A DNA stretch of 64,000 nt from positions 15,282,633 to 15,346,632 of the forward strand of contig OZ037769.1 of NCBI GenBank assembly GCA_964035545.1, read 5' to 3'. Below, piece by piece: positions 30,301 to 46,274 of this stretch; positions within the stretch are counted from its first letter, which is position 1, and each line of letters begins with the position of its first letter. This DNA comes from Bugula neritina. Taxonomy: Eukaryota > Animalia > Bryozoa. The notes beneath the pieces are model-generated. The model worked only from the letters and a program-made list of their open reading frames with translations. It made no database searches and had not been told where the DNA came from. The position numbers and the translations under genes are program-made.

Positions 30301-30504
30301 AATATGAATAGTCCCCAGGAGACTTCCTTTCTGAAGGTCAATATTGAAGACCTTCTGGTGTGCTATCGTCAAGTTACCAGCAGTGCCGTAGCTAAATCCC
30401 AGATGTGTGAAGTGAGAGAGAAATGAAAAGAAGAGTATGACCCAAGCATAACCCTTGTCTTTGGCGTTGAGTTGCGACTTTTTCAATATTTTCAGAAGCG
30501 TCAT
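24362..30504 (-). CDS. SLC16/monocarboxylate-transporter-like MFS protein, copy A (9 coding exons, ~470 aa)
   Basis: Exons 30504-30282, 29541-29398, 27766-~27512, 26909-26806, 26526-26395, 26091-25959, 25404-25271, 24805-24637 and 24480-24362 give a continuous frame. Motifs DKGYAWVILFFSF (MCT DGGWGW-type TM1), GPIASVLIKKFGCR (MFS motif A region), YFDRFK, WPLISQYLLSKFG, and an acidic central loop. Confidence 0.87.
27860..29272 (+). mobile_element. 5'-truncated RTE-clade non-LTR retrotransposon in intron 2 of MCT copy A
   Basis: RT motifs QEKCREQ..LYMAFIDLTKAFD, GVKQGCVIAPTLF, LQYADD, FVYLGS, LRWSGHV. A C2H2 finger (CFRCDRICRSLIGLRSHQATH) follows a frameshift near 29110. (GA)n tail and candidate TSD ACTGC. 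Absent from the paralogous intron in copy B. Confidence 0.93.
27904..29115 (+). CDS. RTE reverse transcriptase fragment (403-aa ORF)
   Basis: ORF track; YADD catalytic motif and RT domains 3-7 plus the C-terminal region. Confidence 0.85.
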   Translation: MAFIDLTKAFDTVDRTSLWTILGKIGCPLKFVTMVRLLHDQIEASVLVDGQKSESFRVQTGVKQGCVIAPTLFSIYLFAVLYLVKQELPTGIRLNYRTGDLFNLQRLRAKTLISETSVLELQYADDNALVADSEEHLQAAMTAFENKAYNSLGLKLNAKKTQVICQPKPGKIVDPPTIVAGGETLCPVDDFVYLGSNLSSKADLGKEIDRRLQTASIAYSKLRQRVFDNSNLQVTTKLKVYKAVIIPTLLYASETWAAYGTDIKKLENYHMRKLRGILDIKWTDKRTNNSVYQQTKIPSFESLFIKHRLRWSGHVVRMKGHRLPKQILYGKLQIGKRLQGGQRKRFKDCLKDSMKRSHIRTETWEWNAARRTRWRSMVHKGMQIFEEEGMRHRDELRAGRKKA

Positions 30505-31211
30505 AATATAGCTTTTCCTTGGAGAATTTCAACAGCTATTATTGTACCTTCTTATTAGACCTAAAACTAAAATATGTGAATAATCATTTAATTGCTTGCA
30601 ATTTTAAAAAGAAAATTGTAAAATGTAAAAATTAGAATTTCCATCAACCTCTTAACATTTAACTTATAATAACTTACATAAATGCAAAATAAAAATGATT
30701 TAGGTTTTGGTGAAATGAGATATTATACCAAAAGTCACAATCTTGCCTTAAAACAGACATGATTAGGGCTGGGTTACATCAAGTAGGGAATTGGTCAAAT
30801 TTTTAGGTAAACTAAAGTTAGTATTTGTAGAGACAACAATTGTACTATCTATATAAAGCATCTTAATGTAATGAGCATATATAGACAGTGAAAACTAATG
30901 ATAAAACTCAGTGAGGTGAACTATAATGCAGTAAGTAACTTATCACATAAAAACAAACTCATGTGAGTTTATAGTCACTATCTCTGTGAGAACCTACTGA
31001 TGGAAAAAGTTTGTTAAAGCTATAGTAGCTTTTTCTTGTTTTCTGTAGCTTTTACTGGCTCAGAACTCAGAACTGAAATCATGATTTATATTTACTATAT
31101 TATTTGAATAAGGTATAACTGTCAAATGATATTCAACATAAAAAGAATAGCAATTAAGTGACGTCATTATATTAATATCATATATCCATATTAATATTAT
31201 AATAGACTTAC

Positions 31212-31300
31212 CTTTCATGGGATGACAACTTCTACAGTATACACCAACAAGCTATATAGATTCTATTCATGTGTAGACTAAGCAAGTGTATATGCAACCC
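31212..31300 (-). other. Putative non-coding 5' exon of MCT copy A
   Basis: Minus-strand donor (cttac|ctttcatgggatgacaacttct) conserved upstream of copies B (~38539) and D (~50312). The upstream boundary is approximate. Confidence 0.5.
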
Positions 31301-31387
31301 TTTTGTTTAGGAATAAAATAAGAAGAGTTAGTTACAAAGGCTAAATTCTACTTAAACTTGGTTGAAATTTGCCAAAACTCTTAAGAG

Positions 31388-31563
31388 CTACGTTATATAT
31401 ACTTTTGTATTAGCATGTGCACGGTCATTCATCATCATGATTGATAGTCTACTACAGTGTCTATCCAGTCTACAATTGTAGACTGGATAGACACTGTAGT
31501 AGACTATCAATCATGATGATGAATGACCGTGCACATGCTAATACAAAAGTATATATAACGTAG
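31388..31563. repeat. Perfect 176-bp spacerless palindrome
   Basis: 88-bp arms are exact reverse complements, centred on ctacaa|ttgtag (31475/31476). Confidence 0.95.
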
Positions 31564-32459
31564 AGATTGCATCTGATAGGTCATACTGTGATGAGGGATT
31601 TAAATTTCAATAGAATTTCATTATCTTGATGGCATAGAATAAAAAAAGAACAATAAAGAATTATTTCAGTGCTTTTCAAAGTACATAATAGTGTTAAGTT
31701 GTTTTTTATATACTGCGGGTCTATAAAACTTACTCAATTATTATTTTCACTGACACCTGATAATCTAAGTTATGTGTTATTGGAGAGGTAATTGCAAAGT
31801 TTCTAACTTTATGAATATAGCATTAGTTCTATCAGATATTTTTCGCTGAAGAAAAGAACAAATCAGTCATGCTCCAACCTTTATACTCAAACTGAAAGGT
31901 TGGCACCTAAGCTATTATTTCGAAATCTGCATATCTGGCTACAATTTATACTTTTGTAGTTTCAAATAATTCTAGCGCTCAATTCTAAGTTTCAAATGTC
32001 GGCACAGTTGACCCACGCTCCAAACAGAGAGGCACATTCTCAATATCTGAGCTAAAGCTATGCTAAAACTGTCAATAGAGTGTCATATATTGGGTTCAAT
32101 TGCATAAACATGTAATTTATTGCACATTTAAACTTGGCTTACAGCTGATTTAAACTGATTGGAAACTAATGGTATATGTAAACATTAGTAAAAATTCAAA
32201 ATGGACACTAATCTATATTAGATATGGACAGAAAGCCAGTAAATTTTATTCCAACTTTCTATATCAGTCAATTTGTTTTTTATAGACATTGATCTATTGA
32301 TGCATAACAGATGCTATAATAAAATGTTGTTTGAATTTTTTTTATTTTAATTAATAAAACTTATTAAAACTTAAATCATGAAAATAACATTTTTCGTATG
32401 CAACGGTATGCAATACATTATGGATGATGTATACATAAAAAATTGAGTTCTTTTAAGAA

Positions 32460-37529
<5,070 letters not shown>

Positions 37530-37799
37530 ATTATAGTTTTTTCGTGAAGAGCTGCAACAGCTATAAGCTTCTTATGGCACCTAAAACTAAAATAGGTGAA
37601 TAATAATTTAGTTGCTTACAACTTTAATAATAAAACTACAATAAAATAACAATTTTCACTAGCCTTTCAACATTCAATTTGGTGGCTTACACAAATATAC
37701 AATAATAGGTTATCTAGGTTTTGCTGAATTAAGATGTTATACCAGAAGTCAATATCTTGTCTTGAAATAGACATTATTAGAGTTACATCAAGTGGGAAA

Positions 37800-37906
37800 T
37801 GTAGTGTTGAGTTTACCCAGTGGTCCGGTGGTGTAATGGTTAGCACACTTGCTTGCAAGCCAGAGGTCTTGGGTTCGATTCCCAGTGGGGGCAAAATTAT
37901 TTTTCA
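37800..37906 (+). mobile_element. Short tRNA-derived retroposon with 5' leader
   Basis: A box TGGTGTAATGG and B box GGTTCGATTCC. The acceptor stem is unpaired and the anticodon loop is 6 nt, so this is not a functional tRNA. TSD GGAAA; absent from the paralogous site at ~30785. Confidence 0.75.
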
Positions 37907-38227
37907 GGAAACTAGTCAAATTTTCAAGTAAACTAAAGGTAGTATTGGTAGAGACAACCACTATTGTACACAAAGCATTTTAATTTGAGTATATAAACAG
38001 TGAAAACTAATGGTAAAACTAAGTGAGGTGAACTATGCAGTAACTAACTTATCACATAAAAACAAACTCATGTGAGTTTATAGTCACTATATCTGTGAGA
38101 ACCCACTAATAGAAAAAGTTTGTTAAAGCTGGCTATAATGGCTTTTTCTTGTTTTTCTGTAGCTTTTACTGGCCCAGCACTCAGCACTGGTATCCTAAAT
38201 GATTATTACCATCTTATTTGAATAATA

Positions 38228-38424
38228 GCAGCAGCAATAGTCTAGGGGTTAGAGCGTTTTGCCTAGTAAGCACGAGGTCATGGGTTCGAGCCCGGACAAA
38301 TGCCATTGGTGATGTTAGGAAGAGCATCCAGTCATAATTGCTCATGTGCCTCATTTAAATAAGTCCTTAGCTCGTTCTAACAAAAACCTTTTTCACCAGG
38401 GGTTTCTAACAGGGATAGTGACTA
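38228..38424 (+). mobile_element. Full-length tRNA-derived SINE
   Basis: A box TAGTCTAGGGG and B box GGTTCGAGCCC, with a 13-bp TSD TATTTGAATAATA (38215-38227 / 38425-38437). Other copies at ~44125-44237 and ~45615-45820, and 3' fragments at ~30950 and ~38060. Confidence 0.88.
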
Positions 38425-39745
38425 TATTTGAATAATATCATCAAATGCTACTCATGCAACAAAGTATAGTGACTATGTAATTCAGTAATATTGTTATATT
38501 AATATAATATAACCATTATATTGTTATAATAGACTTACCTTTCATGAGATGACAACTTCTATGAGATATGCCAACTCATACAGATTCCATGCATGTGTGT
38601 TGACCAAGCAACTGTATGCAACTCTTTCGTTTATCAGTAGACTAAAGAGAGTTGGTTACAGAGCGCAGATTGATGAGGCAATGCTTAAACTCTACTTGAA
38701 GTTCGCCTCAACTTTTGTAGACAAGATAGACACTAGTAGACTATTAATCATGATGATGGATGACCACATGGAAATACAAAAGTATATATAACATATACGT
38801 TCCATCTGATAGGTCGTACTGTGATGATGGATTTAAATTTCAATTGAATTTCATTATCTTGATAGTTACAGGTAATCTGGCATGGAATAAAGAAAGAGAA
38901 ATAAAGAATTATTTCAGTGCTTTCCAAAATACATAATAGTGTTAAGTTGCCTTTTATATACTGCGGGTCTATAAAACTCACTCAGTTATGATTTTCACGG
39001 ACTCCTGATAAAATAAATTATGTGTTACTGGAGAGGTAATTGCAATGTTTTTAACTTTATGAATAGCATTAGTTCTATCAGATTATTTTCACTGAAGAAA
39101 ATAACAAATCTCTTATGCTCCAACCCTCATGCTCAAGCTGAAAGGTTGACACCTAGGTTATCACTTAGAAATTTGCATATTTGGCTCTAATCTATACTTT
39201 TTCAGTTTCAAATAAGTCTAGTAAGTAGTAACTAATTTTAAGTTTCAAATGTCGGCACGGTTGACCCATGCTCCAAACAGAGAGACACATTCTCAATATC
39301 TGAGCTAAAGCTATGCTAAAACTGTCAATAGAGTGTCAAATATTTGGTTCAATTGCATAAATTCATGTAATTTATTGCACATTTAAACTTGGCTTACAGC
39401 TGATTTAAACAGATTGGAAACTAACTGTATGTAAACATCAGTGAAAATTCAAAATGGACACCAATCTATGTTCGATATGGTTGAAAACCCTGTAAATTTT
39501 ATTAGACTTTTAATTATCAGTCATATCATTTGTTATAGACATTGATCTATTGATGTATAACACATGTTATGATAAAATGCTATCTTAAGTTTCTTATTTT
39601 AATTAATAACATTTATTAAAACTTAATTCATGAAAATAACATTTTGATATGCATACAATGGTATGCAATACATTATGGATGGTGTACATAAAAAGTTTAG
39701 TTCTTTTTAGAATTATCTTCTCTTATACTCAGTATAGCTATGGGA

Positions 39746-40589
39746 TTATCTTCTTTTTCTAGCAGTTAGTACAGCTATAGCCAACATAGCCAGGGCTCCT
39801 ACAACTCCACAACTACCCACAAATATGAGCCCGTATTTTTCCTTTGTGCTTTCAGCTATGTAGGCTGTAAAGAAAAATCTATATAATATTAAAGTGTGAT
39901 AGAATGTACAATAACTCAAATAGGCTAAGATCTTCAACTATTGGCTTACCTGCAAGAGGAAATTAGAGCAAGACCTCCCAAACCTTTCAAAAAGCACTCT
40001 ATACCAAAAAGCAATGGAAGCTGATGAACTGGACATATGTCGCTAATAACTGCTAGAATGCTGGCCACAGCAATGCCTAGTCCCAAACCGTAGAGAGAGG
40101 TTGAAGTGTAATAGATTGCCTACAGCAATATAGTAAGTTTACTTCGAAATATATGTTTGTTTGTATAGAAGGGCACAAATTGAGACTATAACCATTGATA
40201 TGTTCTCATCAAGTTATACTGACGCATGTGGACAAAGCTTGTACATCACGGAATTGGCATGCATGTTTACTACTCCCAGCACCAAGCTTGATCAATTAAA
40301 GTTTTGCGTTATCAAGTTTCCTTATTTTATCCAATAACAGAGAATGATGTCTTCAGGTTACAACCACGAAGTATACTACATTATGGGAAGTAACAGATTG
40401 GGTACAGTCTGACCAGTAATAGACTAACATTGAAACTCATCCAATCACATTTTTACCTGCTATAGTTATTCCTAGTGCAGCTTCCAGCACATTGAGATCT
40501 GTATTGTTAACAATATAATCATTGATTAGAACGACATAACCAGCACTAGCTGTGTTCTAGAATATTCCACTAATAACCAACAACCAGAC
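39746..40589 (-). pseudogene. MCT-like copy C: 3' fragment (exons 6, 8, 9)
   Basis: Exon 6 has a TGG>TAG stop (40557-40559), exon 7 is missing, exon 8 has a 1-nt insertion near its end, exon 9 is intact, and there are no upstream exons. Confidence 0.85.
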
Positions 40590-40678
40590 CTATGTAAGAT
40601 AATATAAAAGTTCATTGTTTATGTCTACATAAATTATATTAGGTTGCTTGTGCTTAACCACATATTCTAACAGTAAAT

Positions 40679-40964
<286 letters not shown>

Positions 40965-41593
40965 CCTTGAGTGATTAATTATGGTGTTGCCTAAATTTTT
41001 AGGTCAAATTATACTTTGTTGTATATGGTCAGATTGTACAGCATTATTATTTGGTTTATAAAATGACTATACCCTCAAGAAGTTTAGTTTTATATAGGAT
41101 TAAAAATTAGATGCAAAGTAAATGTTTTGAGTTTGAAATCATTTCCTGAATAATTTTGCAATTTGATTGCTGTGATATAGTTTTGGTAGCCTACTAGTTT
41201 TTGCTACCTGTGTACCAGTCTGTCGTTTGACGAACCAAGTTTATGTGCATATAGGCTTTTCATAGGACAGTAATGTTTTAATTTATCATAGGAAGTTGAT
41301 AAGTTTGTTCAACTGCCATGTGATTTCTCATATATAGATATATAGATATTCTAATATAGAGTGTATTGATGAACATGGCGTATTAAGACAGAATGCTGTC
41401 CAATAGCTACTCTATAGTTCAGAGAGTATTTTGATGACTCAACAAAGCAGTTAAAAACTGATTAGCTTAAAGTTGCATATATTTAAAACTTGAGAAAATA
41501 TAAATGTTTAAATAGAAAAAATATTTCAATAAAATATTATATGTAATGGATTATGTGGGTATTGCACAAAATATTATGTAAGTTATTTAAGAA

Positions 41594-44500
41594 TTATCTT
41601 CTCTTTCTTGCAGTTAGTACAGCTATAGCCAGCATAGCCAGGGATCCTACAAACCCACAACCACTCACAAATATGAGCCCGTATTTCTCTTCTGTGTGTT
41701 CGGCTATGAAGGCTGTAATACAATCACAGTAACAATACTGATTAAAGATAATTAACACATAATTATAAAAAATGGCAAAACATGTAATAACTGAAATAGG
41801 CTAAGATCTTTACCTATTGACTTACCTGCAAGAGGGACTAGGGCAAGAACGCCCAAACCTTTCGAAAAAGACTCTATGCCAAAGAGCAGTGGAATCTGAT
41901 GGGCTGAACACAAATCACTGATAACTGCTAGAATGCTGGCCACGGCAGATCCTGCTCCTAAACCATAGAGAGAGGTTGATGTGTAATAGACGGCCTGCAG
42001 CAACAATATTTCTACAGTTATAACTTGAATTTCAATAATACATCTGCATATAATCACAATATTATGTATAATTCTGTACACACACAAAGAGAAGACAACT
42101 CCTTTAACCTATGACACTGGTGTACGATAATTTACTATAACATCTTACTTCCATTTCTTGTGCATTACTCTTGACATTTTTTATATGAATTAGAGAATAA
42201 TGTATACTTCATGCTGGCAGACCTTGGCTTACCCATATTTTCCCGGATACTCTAATCATAAATGACAATACCCAAGTATGTCTGTTTATTAATGCTACAG
42301 CTACTGATATGTACTGCATACAGTGTCAATCTGTTTGCTCCTATAATAATATGTGTGCAAAGATTTTACATCACTAATCAGGGCTATTACACGAGCATTT
42401 AAGCTATGTGTGTATGCTTTCTGTAAGCTATTCAGTATCCTGATGACATTATACATGCAGTACAGCACCAGCACTGGCAAGAAAAGGTTGTATATAAAGG
42501 ATCATCTGTTTCTTTGATCTATGTGAATATCTTATTCAAAAGCTTGTTGTCACAACGATTATACACATTTAACCCATTCCTTTGTTCCATTATTGTGTAG
42601 GATGTTATCTTCCACGAGGTTTCTATGAATACTCGATATATATTTTTTTACTTAAGCTTTCCACTGGAATTTTCAGGTTTAAGTTGGAAAATATATTGAC
42701 TATTTCATATGACTACAAAAGAATATTTCAAAAGACTGTCCCTCACCTTAGTGGTAGTAAATGGTGCAATAAAGATCCCAACACTCATCAGCAAGATAGA
42801 ACTTCCAAATAGGATAAATCTGTTTAGTTTGAGAGAGCCGGTGAGAGCTAAAGTAAGGCAGGCTACGATGTTGCCAATTCCTGTAAAACAATTCACCACA
42901 AAATGATTTTGTGATTTAAATAAATACAGGCTAGTTTCAGTATAAATCATACTGTATATTCAATTACCTATTAAAATTAATATTATAATTGCACATTTAT
43001 TAGCAGAAAATAATATGAATGTATTTTTCAATATTTTGTAATGAATTGATAGTTTGTCTAATATATGGGTACAAAAAATGTTTGCCTGCCAAACAGCTCT
43101 TAAAAATTAGCATCCGACTGATAATATACCAAGACTGTGACCCATCTGGTCACACTATAGTCTACCTGCTATAGTTATTCCCAGGGCAGCTTCCAGCACA
43201 TTCAGATTCGTGTTCTTAACAATATAATCATTGATTAGAACAAAGTAACCAGAGCTGGCCGTGCTCCAGAATATAGAACTCACTGCCAACAACCAAACCT
43301 GTAATATTCTCTAGAATTGTATTGTTTATTGAGGTTTTGTCTTTATTTTTAGTACTTTAACGCTAAGACTGGTTGTGAGTCATGCAGTTTAGTCTCAAGA
43401 AACATAGTATCCATTCTGCTGCAAAATTTGTTTGATCCTTTTATACCTGATCACAGATACATTTTTAAAAAAAATTTGCAACTATATAGGGCACAGCATA
43501 ACAAAATAAAAAATTTGTAAAACTTCCAAGTTTTTTGCATACAATTTTTGCTAAACTAGTTATTCTACATTTTGTGAAGTGGATATTAAGTATATCACCT
43601 AAATAATTGAATCCCCTGTTTAATACACAAGTGACTTGCCTCTGGTGCTTTGAACAAAATCAAAAACTCCTGACGCAAAGTTTTTATGTTCTCTTCTGCA
43701 GCCACTTCTGGTACTTCTGTGACAACAGCTTCTGATTTTGACTCTTCAATAGTGTCTGCTGCATCAATCTAAATCACAATAATAGACATGCTGGTGAGTA
43801 AGCAAGTCTTGTAATTTCAGACTACTTGAATAGATAATGTGTAACATAAGATATTTCTAATAACATTTTATCGTTTCAACTGCTACCAATTGTATATGCT
43901 TTTCTCACCTCACTGAACTCAGCAGCTTTATTATCAACACCCTCATCTGTATCTCCGTCAGCTGATATTTCGGCTTTTCTTTCAGTTTCATTCGACAGTT
44001 TCAAGTTGTCTTTAGAGTTTTCTAAAATAATTGCACTGCTCAAGACCCAGAAGAAGTCAAACAACTCCTAATAAAATTAGCATAAGTTTTCTCATATCAC
44101 TCACGCAAGATAGAGGGGGCTTTAAGCGGATTAAGGACTTATTCAAATGCGGCACAAAAGCAATTCTGACTAGATGCTCTTCCTACCATCACCAATGGCC
44201 TTTACTAAGCCAGCGCTTTAACCCCTAGACTACAGCCAAACTTATATAGGTTGTCCAATTTTGCCAGCATCCCCATCTCAACATTTCTCATTGTTTAAAC
44301 AAGAGCTTAGCACTGTGATTTAGCAGATAATATTCACTTTTTGTATTACCTGAGTTTTTGTTCTCCAATTGAGGATCCACGAAAGATATTCCTGCAATCA
44401 AATGGAGTATACTGAACGATGACATAATCCCCATGCCAACGGAGTAACCAAATTTGCTCAGCAAGTACTGTGAAATGAGCGGCCATGTTACCACTGCAAT

Positions 44501-45524
44501 ATAACCTCCAAGTGATGCTATTGCGAAAGCAACGTACTTGAATCTCTCAAAGTAAAGTGGTAGAATGGAAGAGCTAGCCGAGTAAGTACAGGAAACTCCC
44601 ACACCTACAACAGAGTAAAGTAAGTAGTTATGGCAACCAAAGCAAAGAGTTGTCTTATCATTAGGGGTATGGTAGTTTCTCCAGTCAGTCTCTTTTATAA
44701 AGCTTTAATAACAGCTTTCAATTATTTCAGCCCATATTTCATTTTCTGCAGAAAACTGAGCATTATAAAACAATGATTATATACAGGCTTTTCTCAAGTG
44801 TGTCGATTATGTATTGTAATTATGTTAAGGGACATTAACTGTCACCATAAAGTACCTGCAAGAACACTGTACAGAATGACAGCATGCCACAGCTGTCTAG
44901 ATAAAGCTGAGAGAGCAATACCAACCAAGATACAGGCTCCTCCAAATATCTGTGTAGCTCTGCAACCAAACTTCTTTATCAACACAGAAGCTATAGGGCC
45001 TGTACAAACAAGTGGAAAAAACATATTCAAAAAAACTTTTTATATTTTATCTATGACATTTTTACAGCTGTAATCTATATACACCTAAATTTCACAAGGG
45101 TTTTATTGAAACAAGAAAGAAAATAAAGAGATGAAAACCTACGCAATTGGATATGAAAGAAATTAATTGAATGGCAGAAATGCATATGACAGATTTAAAT
45201 AGAGGTTAGTGATTAATTTGGCGGTTATGCAGAAAGGATAAAAGACCAACACAACTATACGGTTTCCACCAGTGTGAACTTGTTGAAATAACAAGCTTAC
45301 CAAACAGTAGAAGCACTCCAATATGAATAGTCCCCAGTAGACTTCCTTTTTGAAGGTCAATATTGAAGAACTTCTGGTGAGCTACCTATTGTCAAGTTAC
45401 CAGCAGTGCTAAAGCTAAATCCCAGATGTGCAAAATGAGAGAGAAATGAAAAGAAGAGTATAACCCAAGCATAACCCTTGTCTTTAGCAAGTTGTGGTTT
45501 TCTAATTATTTGAAGGAGTGCCAT
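41594..45524 (-). pseudogene. MCT-like copy D, full exon set with a 4-bp frameshift in exon 1
   Basis: All 9 exons are present (exon 1 45524-45301, exon 2 44999-44856, stop 41594). An extra TACC at ~45383-45386 shifts the frame (GNLTIGSSPEVLQY*) relative to GNLTIAHQKVF in A and B. GC donor after exon 5. Confidence 0.75.
44125..44237 (-). mobile_element. Internally deleted copy of the 38228 SINE
   Basis: gactagatgctcttcctaccatcaccaatggc and aacccctagacta are reverse complements of the SINE body and head. Confidence 0.7.
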
Positions 45525-45614
45525 GTTGGCCTCTAGATACTTTCCGGTGTATGAATTCCACAGATTCACCGAAAGTATCCAAGCCTACAACAGATAAGTA
45601 GGATAACTTTAACA

Positions 45615-45820
45615 AAAAACTCACACAAGTTTATAGTCGCTATCCCTGTGAGAAACCCCTGATGAAAAGAGTTTTTGTTAAATCGGGCTAAGAACTTATT
45701 TAAATGAGGCACAGGAGCAATTATGACTAGATGCTCTTCCTAAGACCACCAATGGCCTTTGTTTGAGCTCCGACTCATGACCTAGTGTTTATTAGGCTTT
45801 AAACCCTAGACCAAGGCTGT
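45615..45820 (-). mobile_element. Copy of the 38228 SINE family
   Basis: Reverse-complement match across head, body and tail. Confidence 0.8.
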
Positions 45821-46274
45821 TCTCTAAATGGGATAACTGTAGTGGGAGACGCAAAAGGAGCTATATATAGTGGAAAAGATGCTGTGGATGCCTGGTTAAC
45901 TATTGAACCCTTGCCTCATGTGTATTCAGTAGAACTGTTAGACAGCTACAAGTTTATAAGAAATATTCATTTTCAAAGTCCCACAAAACCTTTAATGCAA
46001 TAACCGTTGCCACTTCCCCTTTCCCAGTGCTTATGTTTTGAACCCTGTTCATTGTTGTTCTTTACTTTGTTAAGAAAAACACAACATTTATTACAGACCT
46101 TATCAATTTACCAGTACAAAGTGTGTTGTGAAGATTTTCTCAAAAGACAAAATTTCACAACCTTTTTTGGGTAAATATTTGGTTACCATAAATAATCTGT
46201 CACAGCCTAACGTCATAGTCTATTTATACTAAATGGCATAATGAATACATTATATTATAAATCAATCTCAGAAT

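Noticed and set aside
37822-37893. Functional tRNA-Ala(TGC) gene
   Set aside because: The acceptor stem does not pair, the anticodon loop is 6 nt, it is flanked by a TSD, and it is absent in the paralogous region.
45659-45700. Other CTGATGA hits (19181, 42440, 45659, 50680) as hammerheads
   Set aside because: No stem II plus GAAA and no stem I/III pairing.
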